Assembly: GCA_902587125.1 (NCBI GenBank)
Contig: CACIJW010000001.1
Location: 13,566-77,565, forward strand
DNA: 64,000 nt
Direction: 5' to 3'
Source of the DNA: an uncultured Bacteroidota bacterium
GTDB lineage: Bacteria; Bacteroidota; Bacteroidia; Flavobacteriales; BACL11
This document shows, piece after piece, positions 28,982 to 38,837 of the stretch. The notes beneath the pieces are model-generated. The model was given only the letters and a program-made list of their open reading frames with translations, searched no databases and was not told the DNA's origin. Each line of letters opens with the position of its first letter. Within the stretch, counting starts at the first letter, position 1. Both the position numbers and the translations under genes were made by a program.

Positions 28982-29121
28982 GGCAATATTTGATCCTTAT
29001 CTAATTTTCCCTCTTTAAGCCAAACTAAAATAAAAAATGGAACCACTGATGCTAAGAAAATTAAACACCAAAAAGCCATAAAAAAGATTAGTAAGAACAC
29101 AATAAAACCTATCAATTTCAT
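28978..29121 (-). CDS. Untracked 47-codon hydrophobic ORF (possible small membrane protein)
   Basis: The reverse strand from the ATG at 29121 encodes [47 protein letters not shown], followed by TAA at 28978-28980. A -7 box lies at 29138-29145, with 16 nt between the box and the ATG. I recognise no family. Confidence 0.3.
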   Translation of the reverse strand: MKLIGFIVFLLIFFMAFWCLIFLASVVPFFILVWLKEGKLDKDQILP

Positions 29122-29127
29122 ATTTAG

Positions 29128-29135
29128 TAATTTTG
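29128..29135 (+). promoter_or_regulatory. -7 promoter box TAATTTTG for fumC
   Basis: Exact consensus match. There are 34 nt between the box and the ATG at 29170. Confidence 0.4.
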
Positions 29136-29137
29136 TA

Positions 29138-29145
29138 CAAATCTA
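29138..29145 (-). promoter_or_regulatory. -7 promoter box TAGATTTG for the small hydrophobic ORF
   Basis: The plus strand reads CAAATCTA. There are 16 nt between the box and the minus-strand ATG at 29121. Confidence 0.3.
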
Positions 29146-29169
29146 ATAAATTATCAAATATATTCAATT

Positions 29170-30555
29170 ATGAAATATAGAATTGAAAAAGACACTTTAG
29201 GTAATGTAAAAGTTCCTGAAGGAAAATACTGGGGAGCTCAAACCCAGAGATCAATAGAAAACTTTAAAATTGGTCCAATTGGAAGCATGCCTAAAGAAAT
29301 AATTTACGCTTATGCTATAGTAAAAATGTCTGCTGCTGTATCTAACAACGAGCTAAAAATTCTTGATTCAAAAAAAAAGAGTTTAATTGTCAAAGTTTGT
29401 AAAGAGATTCTTGAAGGAAAGCATGATTCTCAATTTCCTTTAGTTATTTGGCAAACAGGAAGTGGTACGCAAACAAATATGAATGTTAACGAAGTGATAT
29501 CAAACAGAGCTCATGAAATCAGTGGAGGTAAATTAGATGATGATGTCAAAATTATACATCCTAATGATGATGTAAATAAATCTCAAAGTTCTAATGATAC
29601 ATTTCCCACTTCAATGAATATAGCATGTTATAAAATTATTACTGAACATACTTTGCCTGCCCTTAAAGATATAAAAAATACTATTGAAAAAAAGAGCAAG
29701 ACATACAAAGAGGTAATTAAAATTGGTAGAACACATTTAATGGATGCAACTCCAATAAGTTTAGGTCAAGAGTTTTCAGCGTTTGGAGCTCAAATAGAAA
29801 ATGGAATTAAAAGTCTTGAAAGTAGTATGAAAAGATTCTTAGAAATACCCATTGGAGGAACTGCAGTTGGTACAGGCTTAAATACTCCAAAAAATTATGA
29901 CAAAATTATGTGTAAAAACATATCTAAATTTATTGGAATTGAATTTTTTCCATCTAAAAATAAATTTGAATCTATTAGTACTAAAGATGCATTTGTTGAT
30001 GTTCATTCATGCTTAAAATTAATTGCTATTTCCTTAAATAAAATTGCAAATGACATTAGATTTTTAGCTTCAGGACCAAGAGCTGGAATTTCCGAAATTA
30101 AACTACCAATGAATGAACCTGGCTCATCAATTATGCCAGGCAAAGTAAATCCTACGCAATGTGAATCATTAAGTATGGTTTGTTCTCAAATAATTGGTAA
30201 TGACTCGACAATAAACGCTTCTGCAATGCAAAGTCATTTCCAGCTAAACACCTTTATGCCAGTGATTGCAAGTAATTTTATACAGTCTGCCACATTGCTT
30301 TCTGATTCAGTAAATTCATTTAACTTAAACTGCTTCTCAGGAATTGAGCCAAATTTCGAAAAGATTGAAAATAATTTAAAAAATTCACTGATGCTTGTTA
30401 CTGCACTAAATACAAAAATTGGTTATGATAATGCAGCTAAAATCGCAAAAAGAGCTTTCGCAAATGGAACAACACTTAAAGAAGAGGCACTCAACACAGG
30501 GCTTTTAAATGAGAGTGAATATGAAAAATTGGTAAATCCAAAACTTATGTGCTAA
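29170..30555 (+). CDS. fumC: Class II fumarate hydratase
   Basis: Signature GSSIMPGKVNP. 461 aa with typical FumC blocks throughout. Confidence 0.95.
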   Translation: MKYRIEKDTLGNVKVPEGKYWGAQTQRSIENFKIGPIGSMPKEIIYAYAIVKMSAAVSNNELKILDSKKKSLIVKVCKEILEGKHDSQFPLVIWQTGSGTQTNMNVNEVISNRAHEISGGKLDDDVKIIHPNDDVNKSQSSNDTFPTSMNIACYKIITEHTLPALKDIKNTIEKKSKTYKEVIKIGRTHLMDATPISLGQEFSAFGAQIENGIKSLESSMKRFLEIPIGGTAVGTGLNTPKNYDKIMCKNISKFIGIEFFPSKNKFESISTKDAFVDVHSCLKLIAISLNKIANDIRFLASGPRAGISEIKLPMNEPGSSIMPGKVNPTQCESLSMVCSQIIGNDSTINASAMQSHFQLNTFMPVIASNFIQSATLLSDSVNSFNLNCFSGIEPNFEKIENNLKNSLMLVTALNTKIGYDNAAKIAKRAFANGTTLKEEALNTGLLNESEYEKLVNPKLMC

Positions 30556-31637
30556 ATTCTTTCATCACCAAACTTTACTTTAATGTCATTAACAAAATTC
30601 TTTACTTGTTGCTCATCTTCCTTTTTACAAATTAAGATGTTATTATTTGACTCTATTACAATATAGTTGTCCAGGCCATGAGCAATTAATAATTTGTCAT
30701 CTGAAATATTAAAAATTGAGTTTGTGCAATCGTAAGCAATAACTTTTTCTCCTTTAACTATATTTTGATTTTCGTCTTTTTCTGAGATTGCATAAATTGA
30801 TCCCCAAGTTCCTAAATCACTCCAACCAAAATTTGATGGGTAAACATAAACGTTGTCTGATTTTTCCAGTATTCCGTAATCAATTGAAATATTTTTGCAA
30901 GCTGGAAAAAATCTCTCAATATATTTGATCTCTTTTGTAGTCCAATAAATATCAGATGCATCGTTAAAAATCTCATAAATTTCGTTTAGGTGAGTTCTAA
31001 ATGAATTAATTATTGTGTTGACGTTAAATATAAACATGCCAGAGTTCCATAAAAAATCTCCTGAGTCAAGAAACTGAAGAGCTAAAGATTGCGATGGTTT
31101 TTCAGTAAAAGTTTTTACTTTTTTAATTTTAGAGTGTTCAGAAGTTTCATTTTGTTCATATTGAATATAACCATAACCAGTATCTGGCCTTGTAGGATTA
31201 ATTCCTAATGTAATAATGATTTCTGAGGTTGAAGATATTTTTAAGGACTCTTTAATGATTTCTGAAAATAATTTATTATCATGAACAATGTGATCACTAG
31301 GACAAACCAATATGTTAGCTTCAGGATTTTTTTGTTTAATCTTAAAAGTTGAATATGCAATGCATGGAGCTGTATTTCTCATTATTGGCTCTAAAAAAAT
31401 ATTTTCTTTTTTAATTTTTAATTGATCAATACACAATTGAGCGTAGTTATTATTGGTTACAACATATATGTTCTCTGCTCTCACACAATTGGATAATCTT
31501 TTAAAAGTAGATTGAATTAAAGTTTCACCAGTGTTCAATATGTCAATGAACTGTTTAGGTAAACTTTTCTTACTTTTTGGCCAGAATCTTGTACCTACTC
31601 CACCTGCCATGATAATGGCATAATTATTTTTATTCAT
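30552..31637 (-). CDS. manC: Mannose-1-phosphate guanylyltransferase
   Basis: N-terminal nucleotidyltransferase motif IIMAGGVGTRFWPKS. 361 aa, so it lacks the isomerase domain. Confidence 0.8.
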   Translation of the reverse strand: MNKNNYAIIMAGGVGTRFWPKSKKSLPKQFIDILNTGETLIQSTFKRLSNCVRAENIYVVTNNNYAQLCIDQLKIKKENIFLEPIMRNTAPCIAYSTFKIKQKNPEANILVCPSDHIVHDNKLFSEIIKESLKISSTSEIIITLGINPTRPDTGYGYIQYEQNETSEHSKIKKVKTFTEKPSQSLALQFLDSGDFLWNSGMFIFNVNTIINSFRTHLNEIYEIFNDASDIYWTTKEIKYIERFFPACKNISIDYGILEKSDNVYVYPSNFGWSDLGTWGSIYAISEKDENQNIVKGEKVIAYDCTNSIFNISDDKLLIAHGLDNYIVIESNNNILICKKEDEQQVKNFVNDIKVKFGDERI

Positions 31638-31714
31638 AATGTAAAGTTAAACTATTTAGGTGTATTGATATTCAAATTAAAATAAGAGTTTAAATCAAAT
31701 ATTTTTTTATTTGA

Positions 31715-32821
31715 TCAAAAACCTAACAATAATGAGCTAAATCCAACCAGTAAGGCAATAAAAAAACTAGCAATAGAAACAATCAATCCGTCTTCTTTAT
31801 TATCTGCTAACAATGGGAAAAGTCCATCCCCACTCGTGGCAATACCAGCTGCAATTAGTGCTGAAATAGGGAAGTTAGGGATAACAATGAATGCTACAGC
31901 AACTGATATCATTCCACCGCAACCAGGCAATACACCTATTATTGCAGCTATAAATATTACTAAATTAGTTGATGACATCATCCATAAATCAAAAGTTTCT
32001 GAACCCACAACTACGTCAATAATAAAGTTTGCAACAAATAATCCAATAAAAACATAAGTTACAACCATTGAAACATCTAAAGTTGCGTGAGAAATGGTTG
32101 AACGAATATTATTGTAATCACCAATACAATCATGATTAGTAAAAAGAAATTTTTCTAATAAATAAAAAATAATGCAACTAACTGTGAAAATTATTGAAAA
32201 CCAATAAACTATTTCAGTAATTGATTCAATACTTCCTCCCCACAATGCCATAATTGAAGCTGGTGCTAAAAAAATAGTTATTATCAGAACTACATAAAGT
32301 CTTAGTTTTTCAACAAATTCGATATTCAAACTAAAGGATCTAGGTTTATTTTGACCTTCTTTATTTAACACTTTATCACTTCTTTTAAGGTTGTTTCTAT
32401 ATCCAATAGTATCAGAAATATATCCGAAGACTATTCCAGAAATTAATCCAAATATTGTAATAATGGCATATGCTTTTACATTACCAACTACATCTGCCTC
32501 TGCTGAAGCCCCTAACAAAACAAATGATCCCTCACCCAATGTACTAATGAATGTAGCTAATAAACCTCCAAATGTTATTTTTTTTTGCTTGAAGAGTGAG
32601 GCTACAACAATGGTTGCTCCACATCCAGGAATTGCTCCCAAAAAAGCACCAACTATAGGTTGAGCCCATTTTGGGCCTAATTGACTTTCAAAATTTTTGT
32701 GCTTTTTTTTTGCGTATAATGTAAATAGTGCAAATCCAATGATAGAAATCGATACATAGCCAGCTATGGAGCCAGCAGCCTCGAGATTTTCAAATAAAAA
32801 AGCTTTGAATTCAAAATTCAT
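31715..32821 (-). CDS. Polytopic membrane protein of the putative manganese / heavy-metal transporter type (ArsP_2/DUF2899-like)
   Basis: About 10 TM segments. The two halves each carry a PGCG motif (GAIPGCGATIVV and GVLPGCGGMISV) followed by GEG or SGDG. The family assignment is from memory. Confidence 0.5.
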   Translation of the reverse strand: MNFEFKAFLFENLEAAGSIAGYVSISIIGFALFTLYAKKKHKNFESQLGPKWAQPIVGAFLGAIPGCGATIVVASLFKQKKITFGGLLATFISTLGEGSFVLLGASAEADVVGNVKAYAIITIFGLISGIVFGYISDTIGYRNNLKRSDKVLNKEGQNKPRSFSLNIEFVEKLRLYVVLIITIFLAPASIMALWGGSIESITEIVYWFSIIFTVSCIIFYLLEKFLFTNHDCIGDYNNIRSTISHATLDVSMVVTYVFIGLFVANFIIDVVVGSETFDLWMMSSTNLVIFIAAIIGVLPGCGGMISVAVAFIVIPNFPISALIAAGIATSGDGLFPLLADNKEDGLIVSIASFFIALLVGFSSLLLGF

Positions 32822-32913
32822 ATAATTATGTCAAAATAATTTTTGAATATTATTGTAGTTAAATCGTAACAAATTTAAACTTATTTAGAATTATTCTAGT
32901 TAAAAATAACTAA

Positions 32914-33027
32914 TTATTTTTTTTTATGCATTTTAAAATCTGGACAATCACAATCTTTCTTTTTTAAGCTTGAACAAGAGGTAAGCATCAAAACAAAAGT
33001 TATAACAGATAAAAAAAATATCCTCAT
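32914..33027 (-). CDS. Untracked 37-codon ORF; possible small lipoprotein with a Cys-Asp-Cys motif
   Basis: The reverse strand from the ATG at 33027 encodes MRIFFLSVITFVLMLTSCSSLKKKDCDCPDFKMHKKK, followed by TAA at 32914-32916. It has a signal peptide and lipobox (LTSC). A -7 box lies at 33041-33048. The ORF is co-directional with the putative metal transporter and upstream of it. Confidence 0.3.
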   Translation of the reverse strand: MRIFFLSVITFVLMLTSCSSLKKKDCDCPDFKMHKKK

Positions 33028-33040
33028 TTGATTTTTTATG

Positions 33041-33048
33041 CAAAGATA
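33041..33048 (-). promoter_or_regulatory. -7 promoter box TATCTTTG for the small lipoprotein ORF (and perhaps the transporter)
   Basis: The plus strand reads CAAAGATA. There are 13 nt between the box and the ATG at 33027. Confidence 0.3.
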
Positions 33049-33071
33049 AAGTAATTGTCTATTTTTATAAA

Positions 33072-33812
33072 ATGCTTAAATACATTAAAGAAATAGGTCG
33101 ATACTTTATCTTAATGAAAAAAGTATTTTCATTTCCAGAAAAGAAAGATATTTTTTTTAAACAGCTATTTAATGAATTTGAAAAAGTTGGATTAAGCTCT
33201 CTAAGTATTGTTTTAATCATATCTTTCTTTGTTGGTGGAGTTGTTACTATTCAGCAAGCAATTAATATCGATGATCCATTAATACCAAAATATTTGATTG
33301 GTTTTGTAACGCGTGATGCACTCATATTAGAGTTTTCTCCAACAATGATTGCGTTAATTTTGGCAGGTAAAGTGGGGTCAAATATTGCATCTGAAATTGG
33401 TAGTATGAGAATATCTGAGCAGATAGACGCTCTAGAAATAATGGGAATAAATTCTGCATCATACTTAGTTTTACCAAAAATAATAGCTTCCATACTTTTT
33501 TTCCCTATACTAGTAATACTGAGTATTTTTATTGGAATTTTTGGAGGCTGGATTGGAGGAATCTCAATTGGAGTTACAACTGCTGATTTTGTTCTTGGGC
33601 TCCAAACAGAATTTTCACCGTTTTATGTCTCGTACTCATTAATTAAAACTGTAGTATTTGCGTTTCTAATAACATCAATATCAGCTTTCTATGGCTATTT
33701 TACAAAAGGAGGGGCTTTAGAAGTAGGTAAGTCAAGCACTACAGCTGTTGTGAACAGTAGTATATTGATACTTATTTTTAATTTCATAATAACAGAACTA
33801 CTTTTAACATGA
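33072..33812 (+). CDS. mlaE: MlaE-family ABC transporter permease
   Basis: 246 aa with the conserved MRISEQIDALEIMGIN block typical of MlaE/YrbE permeases. Confidence 0.8.
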   Translation: MLKYIKEIGRYFILMKKVFSFPEKKDIFFKQLFNEFEKVGLSSLSIVLIISFFVGGVVTIQQAINIDDPLIPKYLIGFVTRDALILEFSPTMIALILAGKVGSNIASEIGSMRISEQIDALEIMGINSASYLVLPKIIASILFFPILVILSIFIGIFGGWIGGISIGVTTADFVLGLQTEFSPFYVSYSLIKTVVFAFLITSISAFYGYFTKGGALEVGKSSTTAVVNSSILILIFNFIITELLLT

Positions 33813-34567
33813 TTGAAGTACAAAGTTTATCAAAATCATTTAAAGAAAATTTAGTGCTAGATAACATATCAGTCAAACTTGAAAGGGGAAAAACAAATTT
33901 GATTATTGGAGAAAGTGGATCTGGGAAAACAACTTTTTTAAAATGCTTAATTGGCTTACATAGTATTGACAATGGAGAAATATTATTTGACAATCGAAAG
34001 TTTTCTAAAATGAATGACAAAAACATAAGAAAACTTAGACAAGAAATCGGAGTTTTATTTCAAGGTGGAGCGTTGTATGATTATTTAAGCGTTGAAGAGA
34101 ATATTATGTTTCCTTTGAACATGTTTACTAAATTGAGCTTGAAAGAGAAAAGAGAAAGAGTTAATTTTTGTCTCTCTAAAGTAAATCTTGAAAAAACTAA
34201 TGATTTATTTCCATCAGAGCTTAGTGGTGGAATGACTAAAAGAGTTGCGATAGCCAGAGCAATTGCATTAAATCCAAAATATCTGTTTTGTGATGAGCCT
34301 AATTCTGGGCTAGATCCAAAAACAGCAATACTAATTGATAATTTAATACTAGAGATTACAGAAGAATTTAATATTACAACTATAGTAAATACCCACGATA
34401 TGAACTCAGTAATACAAATAGGATCAAATATTCTATTCATTCATCATGGAAAAATTTTATGGAGAGGGAATAAAAATGATTTAACAAAATCAAAAAATAA
34501 TGAACTAAATAATTTCGTATTTGCATCGAAATTGTTCAAAACATTAAGAAATGAAAATTTCACCTAA
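33809..34567 (+). CDS. mlaF: MlaF-type ABC transporter ATP-binding protein
   Basis: Walker A is GESGSGKTT, the signature is LSGGMTKR and Walker B is LFCDEP. It overlaps mlaE by 4 nt. Confidence 0.8.
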   Translation: MIEVQSLSKSFKENLVLDNISVKLERGKTNLIIGESGSGKTTFLKCLIGLHSIDNGEILFDNRKFSKMNDKNIRKLRQEIGVLFQGGALYDYLSVEENIMFPLNMFTKLSLKEKRERVNFCLSKVNLEKTNDLFPSELSGGMTKRVAIARAIALNPKYLFCDEPNSGLDPKTAILIDNLILEITEEFNITTIVNTHDMNSVIQIGSNILFIHHGKILWRGNKNDLTKSKNNELNNFVFASKLFKTLRNENFT

Positions 34568-35297
34568 AAAAAGATTCAGTCAAAACTTTCTAAAAAACAA
34601 TGAAATTTCGAAAAAAATTGCTGCACTAGTTTCGAAAAAAAATATTTTAATAGAGGTTGGCCCCGGAACTGGATGTTTAACAAAAAATCTATTTGAACAT
34701 AAAAACTTACATTTAGTTGAAATAGATTTGGATTGTGTGAATTTTTTAAAAAAAAAATTCCCTCAACTAAATGAGAAAATTAAAAATGAGAATTTCCTAT
34801 CACTTAACTTAAAAAAAACATTTGGAGAAAAATTAAGTATAATAGGCAACTTTCCATATCATATTTCAAATAAATTATTTTCAAAGATTATTAATGATAA
34901 AGATAGTATAGTTGAACTCGTTGGTATGTTTCAAAAAGAAGTTGCTGAAAGAATTTGTAATAAGAAGGGTAAAAATAGGGGGTATAACAGTATTCTGATT
35001 CAGGCTTTCTACGACTGTGAAATATGCTTTGATGTAGAAAAAGAAAATTTTTTCCCAACTCCAAAAGTAACATCAACTGTAATTAAGTTGGTAAGAAACA
35101 ATAGAAAAAAATTAAACTGTGATAATCAAATTTTGGAATCATTACTGAAGCATGCTTTCAAGCAAAAAAGAAAAAAATTGCGGAATGCATTAAAAAACTT
35201 TAATTTTGATAGAAAATTCGATTTAATATTAGATAAAAGAGCTGAAGAATTATCTATCAATGACTTCGAACTTCTTGCCCAGAATGTCAATTCATAA
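34551..35297 (+). CDS. rsmA: 16S rRNA (adenine1518/1519-N6)-dimethyltransferase
   Basis: KKRFSQNFL N-terminus, SAM motif EVGPGTGCLT, NFPYHIS block. Confidence 0.9.
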   Translation: MKISPKKRFSQNFLKNNEISKKIAALVSKKNILIEVGPGTGCLTKNLFEHKNLHLVEIDLDCVNFLKKKFPQLNEKIKNENFLSLNLKKTFGEKLSIIGNFPYHISNKLFSKIINDKDSIVELVGMFQKEVAERICNKKGKNRGYNSILIQAFYDCEICFDVEKENFFPTPKVTSTVIKLVRNNRKKLNCDNQILESLLKHAFKQKRKKLRNALKNFNFDRKFDLILDKRAEELSINDFELLAQNVNS

Positions 35298-36633
35298 ACC
35301 GACATATAAAAAACTTTCTGAAGAAATTATCAATTTACTGAAACTAAAAAAAGTTGATGAAATTGAGAAAATAATAAATGAAATTCATCCTGCAGACATC
35401 GCCGATATTTTGGAGATATTAAATGAAAAAGATAATGATAAACTAAAAGAAATTATCGAAAATAAAAAGTATGCAGAAGCAATTATCGAACTAGATGAAA
35501 ATGTAAAAAATATTTTTCTTTCAAAATTTAGTGCTGATACTATTGCTAATGATTTAATTAATGAACTAGAATCCGATGATGCTGTTGATATTATTCTTGA
35601 GCTCAATGATGATAAGAAGGAAAAAGTACTTTCACAAATAAAAAATCAATCCGTACTTAAGAATATAACAAACCTTTTAAAGTATGAAAGTAACACTGCA
35701 GGATCGCTAATGGCAACAGAGTTAGTTAAAGTTAATTACTCTTGGTCAAATAAAAAATGTATCGAAGAAATACGAAAGCAAGCAAAAAATATTAAAAAAG
35801 TTCATACAATTTATGTAGTAAATGAAAATGAGAATTTTATTGGGCTTTTATCACTTAGAAAATTACTCATAAGCGATAATAAAAATATCAGCAGCATTGT
35901 TAATAAAAAAAATTTAATTAGTGTAAAAGCCAATGAAACTAAAGAGTCAATAATTAATTTAATGAACAAGTATAACTTAGTAGTTCTTCCTGTTTTAAAT
36001 AATAAAAATGAACTTATTGGAAGAATAACTATTGACGATGTTTTATCTACATTTAAAGAGGAAACTGATAAAGACTATCAAATGGCTTCAGGCTTGCTTG
36101 AAGATATAAACATTAACGACAACATAATTGCAATCACTAGATCAAGGTTACCATGGTTAATAATTGGAACAATTGGGGGCATTATTGGTGCACAAATAAT
36201 TGGATTATTTGATCTGAAAAATAATTTAGAAATAGCTTTTTTCATTCCATTAATTGCAGCTATGGGAGGTAATGTCGGAGTTCAATCATCTGCGATTGTT
36301 GTTCAAGGACTAGCTAATTTGACAATTAAAAAATCAGACATAATAACTAAACTATCACGTGAATTTTTAATATCAGTTATAAATGGTTTGGCATGCTCAT
36401 TAATAATATTTTTAATGACACTCTTACTTGCATATCAAATATCAATTAGCTTAGTTGTTAGCATTTCAATATTTTCAGTAATTATATTCTCCTCAATTTT
36501 TGGAACATTTATTCCTTTACTTTTAAATAAATATAAGATAGATCCGGCATTGGCAACAGGACCATTCATAACTACTGTAAATGATATTTTTGGCTTATTA
36601 ATTTACTTTTTTATGATTAAATTATTCTTATGA
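35260..36633 (+). CDS. mgtE: Magnesium transporter MgtE
   Basis: MgtE N-domain (HPADIADILE), tandem CBS domains and a 5-TM C-terminal domain (AAMGGNVGVQSSAIVV). The alternative ATG at 35284 would shorten the overlap with rsmA. Confidence 0.9.
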   Translation: MTSNFLPRMSIHKPTYKKLSEEIINLLKLKKVDEIEKIINEIHPADIADILEILNEKDNDKLKEIIENKKYAEAIIELDENVKNIFLSKFSADTIANDLINELESDDAVDIILELNDDKKEKVLSQIKNQSVLKNITNLLKYESNTAGSLMATELVKVNYSWSNKKCIEEIRKQAKNIKKVHTIYVVNENENFIGLLSLRKLLISDNKNISSIVNKKNLISVKANETKESIINLMNKYNLVVLPVLNNKNELIGRITIDDVLSTFKEETDKDYQMASGLLEDININDNIIAITRSRLPWLIIGTIGGIIGAQIIGLFDLKNNLEIAFFIPLIAAMGGNVGVQSSAIVVQGLANLTIKKSDIITKLSREFLISVINGLACSLIIFLMTLLLAYQISISLVVSISIFSVIIFSSIFGTFIPLLLNKYKIDPALATGPFITTVNDIFGLLIYFFMIKLFL

Positions 36634-37553
36634 AAATTTTAATAGTAGATAAAATCCATCATTCGTTTAACAATTTCTTAAAAAAAGCTAACATCAATTA
36701 TGAAGTAAATTTATATGAACCTAAATCTAAAATACATAAGGCAATAAATAAATTTGATGGAATTGTCATAAGAAGTAGGTTTGTAATTGACAAGCAGTTT
36801 ATTGATAAATGTAAAAATTTAAAGTTCATTGCAAGAGCTGGCTCTGGAATGGAAAATATTGACTCACAGTATGCAAAAAAATATGGCATACAGTGCTTTA
36901 ACACAGCTGAGGGAAATAGCGAAGCTGTAGCTCAACACTGTATTTGCTTAATAATCTCGTTATTAAAAAACATTACAAAAAGTTCGTTAGAAATAAAATC
37001 AAAAATTTGGCTAAGGGAAGAAAATAGAGGCTTTGAAATAAATAAAAAAACTATTGGCATTTTTGGATACGGAAACGTAGGCAAAAAGCTCGCAAATTAT
37101 TTGTTACTATTTGGATGCAAAATTATTATTTATGATAAAAATAAAGCAAAGTATAATAGTGATAAGATACTACAAGAAATTTATGATGAATCAGATATCA
37201 TCTCTTTAAATATCAATTATGATAAATCTAACTATCATTTCTGCGATCATAATTTTATTTCAAATTTCAAGAAAAATATATATATTATAAATACATCTAG
37301 AGGTAAATGTTTGAGTACTAAAGATTTAATTCTAAATATAAAAAAAAGTAAAGTTGTTGGGGCTGGACTTGATGTTCTTGAAGAAGAAAATTCAAATTTT
37401 GAATTAAATCAAAATTCTAAAGATTTAAATTTTCTAAGAAGGTGTGACAAAGTTATCTTAACTCCACATGTTGCCGGATTAACTTATGAGAGTGATGAGA
37501 TGATTTCCGAAGTATTATTCAAAAAAATTGTTAAAATTTTAAAACAAAACTGA
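36630..37553 (+). CDS. D-isomer-specific 2-hydroxyacid dehydrogenase (phosphoglycerate dehydrogenase-like)
   Basis: NAD-binding GIFGYGNVGKKLA. Catalytic-domain blocks include LDVLEEE and TPHVAG. Confidence 0.75.
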   Translation: MKILIVDKIHHSFNNFLKKANINYEVNLYEPKSKIHKAINKFDGIVIRSRFVIDKQFIDKCKNLKFIARAGSGMENIDSQYAKKYGIQCFNTAEGNSEAVAQHCICLIISLLKNITKSSLEIKSKIWLREENRGFEINKKTIGIFGYGNVGKKLANYLLLFGCKIIIYDKNKAKYNSDKILQEIYDESDIISLNINYDKSNYHFCDHNFISNFKKNIYIINTSRGKCLSTKDLILNIKKSKVVGAGLDVLEEENSNFELNQNSKDLNFLRRCDKVILTPHVAGLTYESDEMISEVLFKKIVKILKQN

Positions 37554-38787
37554 CAGTATTTCTAGACTTTTGCTGCAGATAAATTTTTTTTTCAAAAATT
37601 ACTTTTTTTAGAATTTCCTGATTATAATGTCTTATAGTAACTAATGACAAATTATTATTATAATTGACTTTAAATTTTTTTTCCAATTTATTTAAAAAGA
37701 TTTCTGAAGAAAAATTTTGATCTATCGTAAATGAACAACTTATAGCAGAACTTTGAACTATATTTAAATTAATGCTTAGATCATTTGCTTGCTCAAGCAC
37801 TTCGTTAAAGTTCTTTTGCTGAAATAAGCTAAGATCAGCATTTGAAACAGAAATTAAAACTTGATTTTTTTTTAAAATTACAGACGGAACCATTGGTATA
37901 ATACTTGAGTGATTAAACACTGATGTTCCTTCAGATTTTAAGTTTTCAAAACTTCTTATAATTAGATTTATATTTTTTTCTTTAAGTGGTTTTATGGTTC
38001 TGGGGTGAATAACTTTTGCACCATAGTGAGCAAGCTCTATAACCTCATCATATGGGACCTCTTTAAACTGAATTGAGCTTTTAAATATTTTTGGATCACA
38101 GTTCATTAATCCAGGAACATCCTTCCATATTGTTAATTTTTTTATCTCTAAACAGTACGAAATAATTGCTGCAGTAAAGTCAGAACCTTCTCTTCCCAAT
38201 GTTGTGCTATAATTCTCATTAGATCCAATAAATCCTTGAGTAATAATATTTTTCTTCTTAAAACACTTAATTATTTTACGCTTTGTTTTAGTCCAATTTA
38301 TATTAGCGTTACAGTAGTTATCATCAGTCATAATGATATCCCTTGCATCAATTAATTGATTGTCAAGATTTTCTAAATTTAGTAGAACGCTCATTATTTT
38401 TGTTGAAATTAATTCACCATAAACTACATTTTGATCATAATATAGTTGGTAATTATCAGATCGATTTTTCAATGTTTTTTTTAATTCTTCAAAGAGTAAA
38501 CCTATTTCAGAAAATAAGTCGCATTCTTGCAAATAAAATTTTTCAATTAAACCATAATGATAATTCTTCAATTTTTCAAATTGATTAAAATAAATTTCTC
38601 CTTTATAAGAACTTATTATAATTTCCTCTAACATGTTGGTTACTTTTCCCATAGCTGAGAAAATAATAATTTTAGAATCAGATCTGAAACTTTTAATTAT
38701 TTCTATGGTGTTCTTAATTCTCTCTAAAGAACCGATTGATGCTCCACCGAATTTGTGAACTTCGTACACTAAAACCTTTTTTAACAA
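37531..38787 (-). CDS. lysC: Aspartate kinase
   Basis: KFGGASIG ATP-binding N-terminus, an amino-acid kinase fold and ACT-like C-terminal repeats. A -7 box (38785-38792) covers the ORF-track TTG start, so the GTG at 38769 (MYEVHKFGG) is the likelier start. Confidence 0.85.
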   Translation of the reverse strand: MLKKVLVYEVHKFGGASIGSLERIKNTIEIIKSFRSDSKIIIFSAMGKVTNMLEEIIISSYKGEIYFNQFEKLKNYHYGLIEKFYLQECDLFSEIGLLFEELKKTLKNRSDNYQLYYDQNVVYGELISTKIMSVLLNLENLDNQLIDARDIIMTDDNYCNANINWTKTKRKIIKCFKKKNIITQGFIGSNENYSTTLGREGSDFTAAIISYCLEIKKLTIWKDVPGLMNCDPKIFKSSIQFKEVPYDEVIELAHYGAKVIHPRTIKPLKEKNINLIIRSFENLKSEGTSVFNHSSIIPMVPSVILKKNQVLISVSNADLSLFQQKNFNEVLEQANDLSINLNIVQSSAISCSFTIDQNFSSEIFLNKLEKKFKVNYNNNLSLVTIRHYNQEILKKVIFEKKIYLQQKSRNTVSFVLKF

Positions 38788-38792
38788 AGTTA
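38785..38792 (-). promoter_or_regulatory. -7 promoter box TAACTTTG for the aspartate kinase gene
   Basis: The plus strand reads CAAAGTTA. There are 15 nt between the box and the candidate GTG start at 38769. Confidence 0.35.
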
Positions 38793-38837
38793 TAATTCTT
38801 TAACAAAGGTTGAAAAATAAAAAACGATATTTGTATT

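Noticed and set aside
32822-33071. Mn- or Mg-sensing riboswitch upstream of the putative manganese transporter, and likewise upstream of mgtE at about 35260
   Set aside because: The spacer is almost pure A/T, with none of the G-rich conserved cores of the yybP-ykoY or M-box elements. mgtE overlaps the 3' end of rsmA, so it has no leader at all.
33072-34567. Absence of an MlaD/MCE gene after mlaE-mlaF as a sign of an incomplete system
   Set aside because: The substrate-binding partner can be encoded elsewhere in the genome. Nothing in this window supports loss, so the observation is not informative on its own.
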